Shown: positions 27,902-37,995 of the stretch, in pieces
Layout of the letters: every line of letters starts with the position of its first letter
How positions within the stretch are numbered: the stretch's first letter is position 1
Origin: Marispirochaeta sp.
GTDB taxonomy: Bacteria > Spirochaetota > Spirochaetia > JC444 > Marispirochaetaceae
DNA: 64,000 bases
Assembly (NCBI GenBank): GCA_963676835.2
Contig: CAXXFF010000002.1
Location: 448,001-512,000, forward strand
Reading direction: 5' to 3'
The notes under the pieces: model-generated
Database searches by the model: none
What the model was told of the DNA's origin: nothing
Seen by the model: the letters and a program-made list of their open reading frames with translations, nothing else
Position numbers and translations under genes: made by a program

Positions 27902-29086
27902 ATGGAGGATTCTCCTGTAATCCTGATCCATGGCCCCCGTCAGTGCGGAAAAACAACTCTGGCGCGTCTTATTGGAGATTCTAAAGGCTACGACTATATT
28001 ACTTTTGATGATGATTTGCAGAAAGCCGCTGCCCAGGCTGATCCGATTGGATATATCGCCGATTTGCCTGACCGGGTAATCCTGGATGAAATACAGCGAG
28101 TTCCCGAACTATTTACATCTATAAAAGCCGCAGTTGATAAAGAAAAAAAAACCGGCCATTTCATATTAACCGGGTCCGCAAATGTGCTTCTATTTCCTAA
28201 ACTGGCCGATTCGCTCGCCGGGCGCATGGAAATACTCAGGCTCCACCCCCTTGCCCAAGTAGAGATCGCCAGGACAAATATCTTCTTTCTAAAGGAAATT
28301 TTCACCGGAACCTTCACGCCCACCACCGGAAGGCGCTTGGGGAAAGAACTTGCCGCAAAAATAACAACTGGTGGTTACCCTCCGGCAGTAACCAGGACTA
28401 CTTCCAAAAGACAGGCGACCTGGTACAGAAATTATATTGAAACCATAATTCAGAGGGATATACGGGATCTTGCACGAATAAGCTCTCTGGAGGTTTTACC
28501 CCGGCTGTTATCTCTGGCTGCAGGACAGACTTCCTGCCTGATAAATATATCCGAACTTGCAACGCCCTTTCAGTTGTCCCGCCCGACTATTAAAGAATAT
28601 ATTACTCTGCTCTCAGGTATATTTCTTTTAGAAGAACTACCTCCCTGGCACAACAACAGGATGAAGCGCCTGGTAAAAACACCAAAGCTGCATCTGGGCG
28701 ATACAGGACTGTCATGCGCTCTTCTTGGTCTCAACGCAAGCACACTTTGGAATGACCGCCCCTTGTTAGGCAGGATGCTTGAAACCTTTATCTTTCAGGA
28801 ATTACGGCGGCAGGCCTCTTGGGAGGAAGGATTATTCCGTTTCTTCCACTTCCGGGATAAAGATCAGGTGGAAGTTGATATTGTCATAGAATCAGAAGGA
28901 AAGATTGCCGGAGTAGAAATCAAATCCTCGTCAACAGTTCGCACAGAGGATTTTAAAGGACTTCGCAAACTGAAAGATAGTGTAAAGACACAATTTTCTG
29001 CAGGGGTTGTACTATACGATGGAGATGCAGTTGTCCGCTTTGGCGACAGACTGTATGCAGTTCCCCTTTCCCTTCTACTCGAATAA
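27902..29086 (+). CDS. AAA_14 ATPase with C-terminal DUF4143 / PD-(D/E)XK-like domain; true start may be frameshifted at 27853
   Basis: GPRQCGKTT, ILDEIQ, ILTGSA, SLAGR, GGYP, KTPKLHLGDTG, EVDIVIE...VEIK. Confidence 0.9.
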   Translation: MEDSPVILIHGPRQCGKTTLARLIGDSKGYDYITFDDDLQKAAAQADPIGYIADLPDRVILDEIQRVPELFTSIKAAVDKEKKTGHFILTGSANVLLFPKLADSLAGRMEILRLHPLAQVEIARTNIFFLKEIFTGTFTPTTGRRLGKELAAKITTGGYPPAVTRTTSKRQATWYRNYIETIIQRDIRDLARISSLEVLPRLLSLAAGQTSCLINISELATPFQLSRPTIKEYITLLSGIFLLEELPPWHNNRMKRLVKTPKLHLGDTGLSCALLGLNASTLWNDRPLLGRMLETFIFQELRRQASWEEGLFRFFHFRDKDQVEVDIVIESEGKIAGVEIKSSSTVRTEDFKGLRKLKDSVKTQFSAGVVLYDGDAVVRFGDRLYAVPLSLLLE

Positions 29087-29205
29087 CCTTGACTGATAGC
29101 CATACAGGCAATGAAATCAGGTAGATTTGCACAGGTGTAAATTTTTTATAATTACGCTAATTCTTTTAACAACAGAATATTTCTTTTTTATGCTAACTTA
29201 AATAC

Positions 29206-29790
29206 ATGGATGTACAAATCTACGGTCAGACAGAGCTGGAAGATCATATAAAAGCAGGAAACTCCGTCTGCTCCCACCTTATTTCCATAGGAAATCCGGG
29301 AAGGTTTGGGAAACACCAGCCGGATACCAGGTTGCCGGAAATTTTTAAAAAGACTTTTTCCGGGATTCTCAGACTTGAGTTCTTCGACGTCCTGAAAAAG
29401 GAACATCTCGGGAGCATGCGACCGAAAAGAGTCCCTCTCCGGAAAGATGTAAAGAAGGTTATAAGGTTCTACAACAGGACAAAAGAAACATCCACCGGCT
29501 ATGCTGTACATTGCTGGCGGGGAGTATCCCGATCCACCGCAATTGCCCTCGGCATACTTTACCTTATCCACGGCGATGAACAGAAGGCCATAGATGAACT
29601 GAAAAGGATTCGCCCCGAAGCGGGTCCTCATCCAGGACTGGTCAAATACTTTGATACACTGCTTGGCTGCGATCTCTCATCCAAAAACGATCAGCTGAGG
29701 GAAATCCGCAACCGGGAGATGAAAGAGTGGTTTATGAACGAAATCGAGGAAGGCGATGCCACCCTTGAAGAACTGGAACCGGTCGACTGA
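29206..29790 (+). CDS. Protein-tyrosine-phosphatase-like (CX5R) protein
   Basis: HLISI, LRLEFFD, VHCWRGVSRSTA, RPEAGPHP. Confidence 0.8.
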   Translation: MDVQIYGQTELEDHIKAGNSVCSHLISIGNPGRFGKHQPDTRLPEIFKKTFSGILRLEFFDVLKKEHLGSMRPKRVPLRKDVKKVIRFYNRTKETSTGYAVHCWRGVSRSTAIALGILYLIHGDEQKAIDELKRIRPEAGPHPGLVKYFDTLLGCDLSSKNDQLREIRNREMKEWFMNEIEEGDATLEELEPVD

Positions 29791-29805
29791 AGAACAGCGG
29801 ACTGC

Positions 29806-29836
29806 AAAAAAATACCCGCCTTTCGCAGGCGGGATC
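29806..29836. terminator. Intrinsic terminator (poly-T on minus strand)
   Basis: AAAAAAA-TA-CCCGCCT-TTCGC-AGGCGGG. Confidence 0.65.
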
Positions 29837-30842
29837 TCCACACTTTCCTTACTTCTTTAAATACTCAGTTATATCCGCCCAACTCTTTACCGAACTGATA
29901 GAAGGCTTCAATATTTTCAACACTGGTATCCGCCTGAATATAGTGGGCCGGTGCCAGAATATAGCCGCCATCCTTGCCGCAGCCATCCACAAGCCGCTTT
30001 GTTTCATTGTAGATCTCATCTTTTGAGCCGAAAGGCAGCAGCTGCTGAATATCCATACCCCCGAAAAGAGTCAGATTCTTCCCGTGCCGCTTTTTTATCT
30101 CCACAGGATCCATTGCCAGAGGCTGAACAGAGTGGAGAATATCCAGACCGATTTCGGCCATGTCATCCAGAATCGTCTCGCAGTTGCCGCAGCAGTGGTA
30201 GGCTACCACAATATCTTTGCGGGTATTTTTAAACTCTTCTATCAGCCGGGCATAACGGGGCTTGAAAAAGCGCCGCCACATATCCAGAGACATCATCATG
30301 CCCCGCTGGGTGGAGACATCATCCCCCAGCCATATCATATCCACCCCGAGTTCGGTCATCTTCTTTCCCGCCTGCAGGGGAAACTGCATCACTTTATCCA
30401 GCAGGGCATCCACGAAATCTTCGTTAAGGGCCATGTCCATCATCAGAGTCTCGAGTCCCCGGAGGGCCCAGGATGATTCGAACATACTCATCTGGCAGGA
30501 GCCGGCAATCCACTTGTCTTTACCATACTGCTCAATAATCTTGCGGGCGTGATCGTACTGGCTCTCTGCAAGAGGATCGGGAATCCGGTAGGAATCCAGC
30601 TTGCTCTCATCCCCCGCCAGCGGATGGGTTACAATCTCCATATATGTGTACACCGGCCGAAAACGGACACCCATTCCGGAGGAAAGCGGACAGTGATTCC
30701 GGGCAAAAACGGACACCTGTTCCGGCCGAAAACGGACAGTTTTTCCGGAGCGCCGGAATTGCTTTAACCTGAAATAAGAAATCCTCGATTAACACGAGCA
30801 CTCTCGTCACAATAGCAAAACTACTATTTGACGGAGTACAGA

Positions 30843-32390
30843 ATGTCGAGAGCGAGGATTCATGTGAAACACATGCGTAAACTGCTTGCGCTCACGTACG
30901 AGAGCAAGCTGGGACTTCGGGATGTATCCCAACTGACCGGAGTATCTAAAACCACAGTCAGCGAATATCTGGTGCGATTCCGCCGCACCGGGATCAGCTA
31001 TGCAGCAAGCCAAAAGCTTACCGATGAGCAGCTGCTTGGCCTGTTCGAAGAGAAAAAGCAGGAAGAAAGTGAGCAGTATACACAACTAACGACACTGTTC
31101 CCCGAGTACGCCAAACGGCTGAAACAGCGGGGGATGACGAAGCAGTTCCTATGGAAGGAATACCGTAGAAAGTATCCAAACGGATATAGATACAGTCAGT
31201 TCTGTCACCACTTTACGGTGTTTCTGGACTCCGGTGAGGTGACGATGCGTCAGCCCCACGAGCCTGGAGATATGGCATATCTCGACTATGCCGGAGAAAC
31301 GTTCCCTTACTATCCTGATGGAGATGAGCAGCGGGCACAAATATTCGTTGCGGTACTCGGAGCAAGTCAGCTGGCCTATGTTGAAGCAAGTGAGAGCCAG
31401 AAACAAGAGGCCTTTGTCCGCTCCACAGAACGGGCTTTGAGGTACTTCGGCGGGGTTCCGCGAGCTCTCGTCCCGGATAACCTGAAGGCGGCCGTGCTCA
31501 GTGCGAGTAAATATGAGCCGGAGCTTAATCCGTTGTTCGATGATTTTGCCGATTACTACCGGACGACGATAATCCCCGCCAGGGCCTATAAACCGAAAGA
31601 CAAATCCCTGGCGGAGAATGCCGTCAAGTTAACCTATCAGCGGATATTCGCCCCGCTGTACGGCAAGAGGTTCCATTCGTTGGCTGAGCTCAACCAGGCC
31701 ATCGCAGAACTTCTTGAAGAACACAATACCCGGAAACTGACAAAGCTGCAAATCTCACGGCGTCAGTTGTTTGAAGAGATCGAACGGTCTGCGCTGAAGA
31801 CGCTGCCGGGCGAACCGTATCCAATGAAATACTTCGAAACTCACAAGGTTGCACCGGACTATCACTTTATTCTGTCAAAAGATAAGCACTACTACTCTGT
31901 TCCCTGGCAGCTGAAGGGAGAACAGGTCAAAGTGATCTTTGATGAGCGAATTATAGCGGTATATCACAAGAATGTACGCGTAGCCCAGCACCGCCGGAGC
32001 AGAAAGAAAGGACAATACTCCACACAGTCCGCACACATGCCCAGGCACCATCAATTTGTTGAATCATGGTCGGCGGAGAAGTTTACCACCTGGGCTGAGT
32101 CGATTGGAGAAGAGACGTTCCTGGTGATTTCACATCTATTAAACAGCAAGCCACATGAGCAGCAGGCGTACAAATCCTGCCTTGGTGTGCTGAACCTGGC
32201 AAAGGATGCCGGATCACACCGGCTGAACTGGGCCTGCCGACGTGCGTTGAACTACTCGAGAATCAGTTATCGGGATGTTCGTGCATATCTGGATGAAATC
32301 ATGCGACAAGAAAAGGATGAACAGCAGAACAAACAGGTGTTTCTCTTCGCCGATCACAAGAACCTGCGGGATTCTGCAATCTACAAATGA
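30843..32390 (+). CDS. istA: IS21 transposase
   Basis: YSQFC, HEPGD..YLDYAG, GGVP..LVPDNLK, PARAYKPKDKSLAE, YYSVP. Confidence 0.96.
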   Translation: MSRARIHVKHMRKLLALTYESKLGLRDVSQLTGVSKTTVSEYLVRFRRTGISYAASQKLTDEQLLGLFEEKKQEESEQYTQLTTLFPEYAKRLKQRGMTKQFLWKEYRRKYPNGYRYSQFCHHFTVFLDSGEVTMRQPHEPGDMAYLDYAGETFPYYPDGDEQRAQIFVAVLGASQLAYVEASESQKQEAFVRSTERALRYFGGVPRALVPDNLKAAVLSASKYEPELNPLFDDFADYYRTTIIPARAYKPKDKSLAENAVKLTYQRIFAPLYGKRFHSLAELNQAIAELLEEHNTRKLTKLQISRRQLFEEIERSALKTLPGEPYPMKYFETHKVAPDYHFILSKDKHYYSVPWQLKGEQVKVIFDERIIAVYHKNVRVAQHRRSRKKGQYSTQSAHMPRHHQFVESWSAEKFTTWAESIGEETFLVISHLLNSKPHEQQAYKSCLGVLNLAKDAGSHRLNWACRRALNYSRISYRDVRAYLDEIMRQEKDEQQNKQVFLFADHKNLRDSAIYK

Positions 32391-32398
32391 GGTAACCG

Positions 32399-33139
32399 AT
32401 GAATAATAATCAGGCGACAATCAACAAGATGACCGAGATGCGTCTCCACGGAATGGTACAGGCCTTCCGTACACTGCAGGAGACCGGACGCCATATGGAT
32501 CTTACGACCGATGAGGTTATCAGCTACCTTGTCGACTCAGAATGGGATGAGAAACACAATCGCCGACTGGCGCGCCTTGCCAATGCGGCCCGTTTTCGCT
32601 ATAAGGCAGCGATTGAAGATATCGACTATACCTTCGACCGGAATCTGGACAAAAACCAGATCTTAAGACTTGCAGCCTGCTCCTGGATATCCCGGGGGCA
32701 GGACCTGCTCATCACGGGTCCGACCGGAGGAGGAAAAAGTTTTCTTGGATCGGCTTTCGGACATCAGGCATGTCAGTATGGGTATACCGTCGCTTACTTT
32801 TCCACAACGCGTTTATTCAATGAAATAGCGGCGGCAAGGGATGATGGAACCTACCTGAAGCACTTGTCACGCATAATGAAAAACAAGCTGGTCATTATCG
32901 ATGACTTCGGTCTGGAACCGCTGGAGCATACTGCACGGATGGCATTTCTTGAAATCCTTGAAGATCGACACCGGAGAAAATCTACGATAGTGATCGCCCA
33001 ACAGCCGGTAGAAAACTGGCACAGCATTATCGGTGACCCCACGATTGCCGATGCCATAATGGACCGTCTTGCCTTTCATTCTCATAGAATTGTAATAACC
33101 GGGGACTCGGTAAGGAGGAAACTCTATGCTGTAGATTGA
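32399..33139 (+). CDS. istB: IS21 helper ATPase
   Basis: LRLHGM-like N-terminus, GPTGGGKS, IIDDFG, ADAIMDRL, GDSVR. Confidence 0.96.
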   Translation: MNNNQATINKMTEMRLHGMVQAFRTLQETGRHMDLTTDEVISYLVDSEWDEKHNRRLARLANAARFRYKAAIEDIDYTFDRNLDKNQILRLAACSWISRGQDLLITGPTGGGKSFLGSAFGHQACQYGYTVAYFSTTRLFNEIAAARDDGTYLKHLSRIMKNKLVIIDDFGLEPLEHTARMAFLEILEDRHRRKSTIVIAQQPVENWHSIIGDPTIADAIMDRLAFHSHRIVITGDSVRRKLYAVD

Positions 33140-33529
33140 CGCAAAACGGACACCTGATCATACTGAAGACGAGGATTTACTTCCTTCAGGCAGCTGTCCG
33201 TTTTCCGCCGGAATCACTGTCCGAAATCATCGGAATACACATATACTCATCCATTTCGTTGGCAACCCGGCGGTACTCCACTCCCCAGGGGGTCATAAAC
33301 TGCTGGTCCGGTGAGACGTTCCGGTTGGTTTCAAATCCTACCGCGGTTTTTACAATATCATTACCCAGGGCAATGCCTACGTCGTCTTCCTTGTCCCCGT
33401 ATTTTTCTTCCAGCTGCTTTGCAACCTTGGCAACAAATCCGGCATACATGGGAACCCGGTCCGGTTCTTCATGGGCAACAGCAGTTTTTACTCGTTCTTT
33501 AGAAGTCATTATCACACCCTTCATAAACA

Positions 33530-33571
33530 ATCCTATCATCTGATGATAGGATGGATATAAAGATCTGTCAA
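33530..33571 (-). promoter_or_regulatory. Sigma70-type promoter with overlapping palindromic operator for the UroD-family gene
   Basis: Minus strand TTGACA-17-TATCAT; perfect inverted repeat ATCCTATCATC-T-GATGATAGGAT at 33530-33552. Confidence 0.7.
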
Positions 33572-33786
33572 GATTTTTGAGCAAATGAACCCTGCTTTAA
33601 AGAGCACAAAGGATCCTGAGGAGTAAGTTCCTGCCTATTTTTTATCTCAATAATTAAAATAAAAGAATATTTATCAAATATCCTGTCACATGAAGCATGT
33701 GAGCACTTTTTTGGTTTCTACAATTGATTGCTACCTTTTCCTGGTATGTTGCAATAACTTGAAAATGCTGGTTATTTTAAAATTTT

Positions 33787-33832
33787 GCATTATGCGAAAT
33801 TACTTGAATATTTTTTCGCAGAATGCTAATTT
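33787..33832 (+). promoter_or_regulatory. higBA promoter with paired operators
   Basis: TTGAAT-17-TAATTT with extended TG; inverted sites GCATTATGCGAAA (33787) and TTTCGCAGAATGC (33814). Confidence 0.55.
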
Positions 33833-33878
33833 TATATGTGCAACATTCACCTGAAGGAATATATATCCGTGAGGTGTC

Positions 33879-34169
33879 ATGAATATCATCACAAAAAAAC
33901 GTGTTCATCTGTTCATGCAGGAATATCCTGACGAAGCAGAGCAGCTGGAGGTATGGTTGAAGATTATCGGATCAGTAAATTTTAAGCATTTACCGGACCT
34001 TCGGTCTGTCTTTCCTACTGCAGATCTAGTTGGTCAAGATAAAGATCTCTGCTGCTTTAATATCAAAGGGAATAAATATCGTCTTATTGTGCGGATGTCT
34101 TTTCCAAAAACTGTGTTTATTAAGGATTTTCTGCCTCATGATGAATATGACAAAAAATACCCTTATTGA
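33879..34169 (+). CDS. higB: HigB toxin
   Basis: MNIITKK, FPTADLV, FNIKGNKYRLIV, HDEYDK; toxin-first order. Confidence 0.92.
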   Translation: MNIITKKRVHLFMQEYPDEAEQLEVWLKIIGSVNFKHLPDLRSVFPTADLVGQDKDLCCFNIKGNKYRLIVRMSFPKTVFIKDFLPHDEYDKKYPY

Positions 34170-34184
34170 CCAACAAAAATCCCA

Positions 34185-34595
34185 ATGGAGGTTTCAACTT
34201 TGATAACTGCACCAGATTTCCAGAAAGCCATGCAGGCATCAATTATCATGCAGAGTTTTACCATTAACAATGAAGAAGACCTCGAACGGCTTGCCGAATA
34301 TGCAGAAGAGCTGGACTCTAAAATCCGAGAGGGAGAGACCCAGATTCAGGCCTTATGCGACTATATCATCGAAAAAATTACCCGATACGAAGAGGAGCAG
34401 AAGACAGGCAATGTAACAGGAGTTGCCCTGCTGAGATTTCTTATGGACCAGCACAACCACAAGTTAAAAGACCTGACAGACGTGGCCCCCATGTCGGTTA
34501 TCAGCGAAATACTAAATGGAAGAAGGGAGCTGAATAAAGGGCAGATCAGGCGGCTGGCAGAAAAGTATAATGTCTCACCAGCCCTGTTTTTTTAA
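34185..34595 (+). CDS. higA: HigA antitoxin (HTH)
   Basis: I..YEE, LRFLMDQH, SEILNGRRELNKGQIRRLAEKYNVSPALF. Confidence 0.92.
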   Translation: MEVSTLITAPDFQKAMQASIIMQSFTINNEEDLERLAEYAEELDSKIREGETQIQALCDYIIEKITRYEEEQKTGNVTGVALLRFLMDQHNHKLKDLTDVAPMSVISEILNGRRELNKGQIRRLAEKYNVSPALFF

Positions 34596-34597
34596 GA

Positions 34598-34630
34598 CTA
34601 CCTCTTCCGGGAAAAACCGGGAAGAGGTAG
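34598..34630. terminator. Hairpin between convergent higA and TRAP permease
   Basis: CTACCTCTTCC...GGAAGAGGTAG 11-bp stem. Confidence 0.6.
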
Positions 34631-34650
34631 ATCTGCAACAGAACAGGGAA

Positions 34651-36687
34651 CTAAACAGCTTCTTTCATACTCATTTTCTGCATCAGGTAGACGGCACCAT
34701 AGACAACAAATCCTGCAATATACAGCAGGAAGCGCATATCATGAGCTACACCGATAAGTCCCGCAAAGAAACCGGGATTAAAGAAAATAAACGAGGCCAA
34801 AAGCAGCAGAATAAGCTCGTACCAGCGGTTTTTACGCAGGTACCAGCCCTGTACCGCATTGGTAAAGGCAAACGCACCGAAGACGGCAGTTACAAAAATC
34901 ACCATGGAGGGCAGCCAGCCGTTTATTCCCACCAGGACAAGATCCGGGTTGAATACAAACATAAAGGGAATTACCGCTGTTCTGAGGTCGTAGATAAATC
35001 CCTGAATACCCGTCTGAATGGCATCCGCCTCGGCTATGGCCGCGGCGGTATAAGCAGCAAGTCCAACCGGTGGAGTATCGTCGGCAAGAATACCGAAGTA
35101 GAAGCAGAACAGGTGAGCCGCAATGGCGGGAATAATAATTCCCATGCCGCCGCCGAGCTGAATAATAATCGGCACAGTAATGGAGGCCATTACAATATAG
35201 GTTGCGGTAGTCGGCAGCCCCATACCTATTACAAGACTTGCAACTGCAGTAATAAACAGCAGCAGGAATATATTACCCATGGAGAGAAACTCAACCACCT
35301 GTACAATCATGCTGCCGATTCCCATGTTTACAATACCCACAACAATTCCGGCAGTAGCGGTTGCAAGGGCAACGGTAAGCATGTTGCGGGAACCTTCAAT
35401 CAGCCCTTTTCCCACCAGCTGGATAACATCTTTTACGGCTTTTACAACTGAAGTCCTGGCTTTAAGCGCCAGATACATCGAGCGGATAAGATGAACCAGA
35501 ATCAGCACAATTATGGCATTGAAGGCGGACAGCTTGGGGCTGTGGCGCATAACCATCAGTTCATAGATGAGGATTGTCAGAGGAATAAGGTTGTGGAATC
35601 CCTTTTTCAGTACATCCATGAAATTTGGACATTCCTCTTTCGGCAGCCCCTGCATACCCAGTTTAGACGCTTCCAGATGGGTAATGTAGAAGAGGGCAAA
35701 ATAGGAGACAAAAGCGGGTATTGCCGCCGCCCGGATTACATCCATATAGGGAAGGCTCAGGTATTCAGCAATTATAAAGGCCGCCGCTCCCATAATAGGC
35801 GGCATGAGCTGTCCATTGGTACTGGCTGCAACCTCTGTCGCAGCCGCCATCTTGGCCGGGTACCCCACCTTTTTCATAAGCGGAATGGTAAAGGTTCCGG
35901 TGGTAACCACATTGGCAATACTGGAACCGGACACAAGACCGGTGAGCCCGGAGGAGACTACCGAAGCCTTTGCCGGACCGCCCTTGTAGCGCCCAAGTAC
36001 AGAAATGGCAAGATCATTGAAAAAATAACCTGCTCCGGTACGGTTCAAGAGAGACCCTAAAAGAACGAAGAGAAAAACCGTGTTGGCCGAAACATCCAGA
36101 GGAATGCCATAGATCCCTTCCGTGGAGAGCACTATCTGACTCAGGTATTTGGTAAGGGAGACTCCCCGGAACGCAATAAAATGGGGCAGATGGGGCCCGA
36201 GGAAAGCATAGATTGAAAAGCCTACCGCAATAATCCCCAGGGGAAGGCCGATAACCCGCCGGGATGCTTCGAGCACAAGTAAAATGGTAAAAATGCCGAA
36301 TACCATATCACGGCCGGTCGGTCTGCCGGCTCTCGATGCGATTCCCTCATAGTCGATAACCATATAGAGAACTGCACCGACTGCAGCAATGGCAAGAACA
36401 AAGTCGATCAGGGGTATGCGGTCAACGGCATGAAAAAACCTGATTGGCCGCTCATGCTTGGCGATCGGATACCCCAGATAGACCAGTGCAACCGCAAAAG
36501 CCAGATGGACGGCACGAACGGTTACACTGTCGAGAACAACAAAACGGGGCAGGGCCAGCTGAAAAAGAGCCCATAGGACTGCCAGGGAACTGAACAGAAT
36601 TCTGTCCAGGGCCCGTTTATCCCGGATAAGCCCCAGTTCTTCCTGAAGCAGCTCCCGGGCTGTCTCGTTTTCCCACTCTTTGGACAT
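34651..36687 (-). CDS. TRAP transporter fused 4TM/12TM permease (TAXI type)
   Basis: EGIYGIPL, GGPAK, SGSSIANVVTTG, ASTNGQLMPPIMGAAAF, GMGLPTTATY, DTPPV. Confidence 0.95.
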   Translation of the reverse strand: MSKEWENETARELLQEELGLIRDKRALDRILFSSLAVLWALFQLALPRFVVLDSVTVRAVHLAFAVALVYLGYPIAKHERPIRFFHAVDRIPLIDFVLAIAAVGAVLYMVIDYEGIASRAGRPTGRDMVFGIFTILLVLEASRRVIGLPLGIIAVGFSIYAFLGPHLPHFIAFRGVSLTKYLSQIVLSTEGIYGIPLDVSANTVFLFVLLGSLLNRTGAGYFFNDLAISVLGRYKGGPAKASVVSSGLTGLVSGSSIANVVTTGTFTIPLMKKVGYPAKMAAATEVAASTNGQLMPPIMGAAAFIIAEYLSLPYMDVIRAAAIPAFVSYFALFYITHLEASKLGMQGLPKEECPNFMDVLKKGFHNLIPLTILIYELMVMRHSPKLSAFNAIIVLILVHLIRSMYLALKARTSVVKAVKDVIQLVGKGLIEGSRNMLTVALATATAGIVVGIVNMGIGSMIVQVVEFLSMGNIFLLLFITAVASLVIGMGLPTTATYIVMASITVPIIIQLGGGMGIIIPAIAAHLFCFYFGILADDTPPVGLAAYTAAAIAEADAIQTGIQGFIYDLRTAVIPFMFVFNPDLVLVGINGWLPSMVIFVTAVFGAFAFTNAVQGWYLRKNRWYELILLLLASFIFFNPGFFAGLIGVAHDMRFLLYIAGFVVYGAVYLMQKMSMKEAV

Positions 36688-36808
36688 GAAATACTCCTTA
36701 TTACAGGGGGTAAAAATAAGCTCAGGCCGCTTTTGCGGCCTGAGACAATATGAGTACGTTAAAAAGGTTGTAAAACCCGATTATACAAAATCAGGGCACC
36801 TCTAAAAG

Positions 36809-37810
36809 CTACTGAATCAGTGCCGGGTTAATGTACTCAACAAGTCCTGCTTCTTCGTAGTATTTCAGAGCACCTGCATGGATAGGTGCGGAAAGACCTT
36901 TAAGCATGCTCTCTTTTGTCAGAACCTGGTAGGCTGGATGCAGTTTTTTGAAGTCATCAAAGTTCTCGAAAACTTCCTTGGTAATTGCATATACAACATC
37001 GTCGGATACAGATGCGGAGGTTACCAGGGTGGCTTTAACACCAACAGTGGTGGGATCGGAGGTATTGGCAGCCATGGGGTACTCTTTCTGGGGAATCTGA
37101 GCCTCTGCATAGTAGGAGTACTTGTCGGTAAGCGCCTTGAGCACAGCGCCGTCGATATTAACAATCTTTACCTTTACGCGTCCGGCGGTAGCTTCCTTGA
37201 TATTTCCATTGGGATGACCAACGGTATAGAAGAATGCATCGATCCGTCCGTCGTTCAGAAGACCGGGAGCTTCCACGGCTTTTACATTTTCCGCCTGCAC
37301 ATCGGCTTCGCTCAAGCCTGCCGCGGCAAGAACATCCAGTGCGTTCTGCAGGTTACCGGAGCCGGCGTTTCCAAGGTTAACCCGCTTGCCTTTAAGATCG
37401 GCAACGGAGTTGATTCCGGACTCAACACTGGCAACCAGGGTTACCGATTCGGGGTGGATTGAGAAAACCGCCCGCAGGTCCGCCTGCTTGCCGGCCTCTT
37501 CCCATTCAGCCATGCCGTTTACCGCCTGGTATTGACGGTCAGACTGGGCAATACCAAAATCAAGGTCCCCTGTAAGGACTGCATTAATGTTGTATACCGA
37601 CCCGCCGGTTGATTCTACGGTTGCTTTTACTCCATATTCCTCATATTTAGCGTTTACCATGCGGCTTATTGCACCGCCGGTGGGATAGTAGACCCCAGTA
37701 ACACCACCAGTCCCTATTGTAACGAACTTATTTTTCCCTTGACCGCCTGAGCATGCAAAAAACGAAAAGAGAACTGCCGTCAGCAGTACCAGTACACCGA
37801 TTTTCTTCAT
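36809..37810 (-). CDS. TAXI-family TRAP solute receptor lipoprotein
   Basis: Lipobox FFAC; TIGTGGVTGVYYPTG, STGGSVYN, AQSD, PIHAGALKYY. Confidence 0.95.
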   Translation of the reverse strand: MKKIGVLVLLTAVLFSFFACSGGQGKNKFVTIGTGGVTGVYYPTGGAISRMVNAKYEEYGVKATVESTGGSVYNINAVLTGDLDFGIAQSDRQYQAVNGMAEWEEAGKQADLRAVFSIHPESVTLVASVESGINSVADLKGKRVNLGNAGSGNLQNALDVLAAAGLSEADVQAENVKAVEAPGLLNDGRIDAFFYTVGHPNGNIKEATAGRVKVKIVNIDGAVLKALTDKYSYYAEAQIPQKEYPMAANTSDPTTVGVKATLVTSASVSDDVVYAITKEVFENFDDFKKLHPAYQVLTKESMLKGLSAPIHAGALKYYEEAGLVEYINPALIQ

Positions 37811-37995
37811 CTGTTTCTCCTGTGAATTTGTTAATGTGCTACTAAATTACTTGGTTATTACAGATATTGCAAGTTATTTCATTATTTTTAATATAATGGC
37901 ACAATATTCGGCCGCCAGCCGACAAATTCACAATTAAATAGACCTTTCATATTCTCTTACTTGACCTGACTCCAGCCATTAGGTAGGTTCTCTCT

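Larger units (their letters stand above)
30645..33241 (+). mobile_element. Complete IS21-family insertion sequence (2597 bp)
   Basis: Ends TGTGTA...TACACA; multiple subterminal CGGACA/TTCCGG repeats at both ends; TATA target duplication at 30641-30644 and 33242-33245; istA and istB. Confidence 0.96.
29865..33509 (-). pseudogene. Uroporphyrinogen decarboxylase / MtbA-family protein interrupted by IS21 element (N-part 33242-33509, C-part 29865-30644)
   Basis: MTSKERV..A..HEEPDRVP, WGVEY, LRGLE, GDDVSTQRG, HCCGN, GGMDIQ, GGYILAPAH; removing the IS and one TATA restores ...DEYMEIVTH... in frame (347 aa). Confidence 0.92.

Noticed and set aside
30645..30745. Repeated CGGACA/TTCCGG motifs as a separate repeat element or CRISPR
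   Set aside because: They are the subterminal transposase-binding repeats of the IS21 end, mirrored at 33194-33241
33136..33543. 135-aa plus-strand ORF after istB
   Set aside because: Chimeric read-through of the IS end and the antisense of the interrupted gene
34570..36060. 293-aa and 189-aa plus-strand ORFs
   Set aside because: Antisense shadows of the hydrophobic TRAP permease
36721..36744. Hairpin CTCAGGCCGC/GCGGCCTGAG (and the one near 44852-44878) as REPs
   Set aside because: No similarity to the RAYT REP and no GTAG/GTGG foot; consistent with ordinary intercistronic hairpins after binding-protein genes
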